64,000 nucleotides of DNA from Lama glama (lineage: Eukaryota), in the NCBI GenBank assembly GCA_028534125.1, contig CM052818.1:46812001-46876000 (forward strand), in the 5' to 3' direction. Under the pieces are notes generated by a model. It worked only from the letters and a program-made list of their open reading frames with translations, was not told where the DNA came from and made no database searches. Shown here piece by piece: positions 62,997 through 64,000 of the stretch (position 1 is the stretch's first letter; the number at the start of each line of letters is the position of its first letter). The position numbers were made by a program, and so were the translations under genes.

Positions 62997-63290
62997 CAGC
63001 CAGCCTCCGTGTTCTTGGGTTCTGGATCAGTGGGTTCAATCAATCTCGGATGGAGAATATTCGAAGAAACAAATTCCAGACAGTTTCAACCAGCAAAACT
63101 TGAATTTGCTATGCCGGCAACCACTGACACAGCCTTCGCATCGTGTTAGGGTGATAAGCAATCTAGAGATGATTGGAAGGAGACAGGAGGATGTGCGTAG
63201 GTCGCGTGCAAGTACTGTAGTGTTTTATCTCAGGGACTTGAGCACGCGAGAATTTTGGAACCCTCCCCCAAGGACACGAGAGAATGGCTG
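62997..63290. mobile_element. MER2/MER2B TcMar-Tigger MITE, full length
   Basis: TA on both sides; imperfect TIRs CAGCCAGCCTCCGTGTTCTTGGG and reverse complement CAGCCATTCTCTCGTGTCCTTGGG; core 'aatctagagatgatt...ggaggatgtgcgtagg...agggacttgagca'. Confidence 0.85.
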
Positions 63291-64000
63291 TATTTTTGAG
63301 TGACTTGGCAAGTTCAGATGCAAAAGTCTGAAGGCATCTCAGGCTGGGAGGCTGGTGGGCTGGTGAGAAGGGCCCGGAGCGCTGACCTGCGTCTCTCAGT
63401 GTAGCTTGGCGGGTGTCCCATGTGGGAAGTGAGGAAAGTCATGCTTCCCTGTTAAGGAAAAAAAAAAATGCAGCCATCTGCTAGGATGCTGAAGAGAGAC
63501 ACGGAGCAGTCATGATCTCAGCCAGGTAAGAGCCACTGTGCACAGGTCAGAGCGAGACAGTCGCAGGTGGGAGCCAGGTGACGGATCTGCAAACTTTGTG
63601 GAAGTTCCCAACTGCGCTGAGACCCGCTGGCTTCCGTCATCAGAGGACCGCCCTGGCAGCCTTGGTCTCAGGAGAGGAGGCAGAGGGTTAGGGCCAAAGG
63701 CTTCCCCTCTGGGTTCAGGCGCTGGCTTTGGTTTCCTCCCACGCTCTGTAGCTGAGCGAGGGTTCTGGAACCCCGGATCACTCAGGCACCCTGGGGGAAT
63801 GACAGAGACCCTGAGGCTCGTCCTGAGGTTTCAGGGGATGTCTGGAACCCCGCTGGACACTCCACATCTGGTGCCGGGTAACAGAGGAGCAGGGAAACAC
63901 AGGGAGTGCCCAGAGGCTGGCGTTAGATCTGCCTTCTCCTTCTAGCTCTGTGGCCCCAGACAAGTCATTGCACCTCTTAGAGCCTCAATGTTACCTTCTA

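Noticed and set aside
1283..63963. The many 60-300 aa ORFs in the track, e.g. 6336-7223, 6577-7353, 37591-38289, 41591-42292, 48112-48738
   Set aside because: They are Pro/Gly/Arg/Ser-rich, overlap in several frames and show no recognisable domain or exon structure, as expected by chance in GC-rich DNA

Overview
Mammalian non-coding DNA, probably camelid. The basis is a well-preserved L1 3' end at 29452-29686 resembling camelid L1s, an artiodactyl-type L1 at 17155-17563, and no recognisable Alu, B1, Bov-tA, CHR or PRE-1 SINEs. The window is GC-rich and carries many ancestral repeats (MIR, L2, L1M, MLT1/MLT2 LTRs, MER2B, MER5A, MADE2, Charlie1, MER63), plus two assembly gaps (500 N and 100 N). 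I cannot support any protein-coding gene, RNA gene, CRISPR array or intact transposon, and the ORF track looks like GC-rich noise. It reads like a large intron or the regulatory domain of a gene I cannot name, possibly transcribed on the + strand. The best leads are an RFX X-box followed by a strong-Kozak ATG and splice donor at about 22.7-22.8 kb, a GC-box/CpG promoter-like region with a small downstream exon candidate, several AT-rich homeodomain-motif islands, a twin-primed inverted L1, and apparent AT-to-GC drift in old repeats. I found no convincing novel biological system. Repeat family names come from recalled consensus sequences and old-repeat boundaries are approximate.
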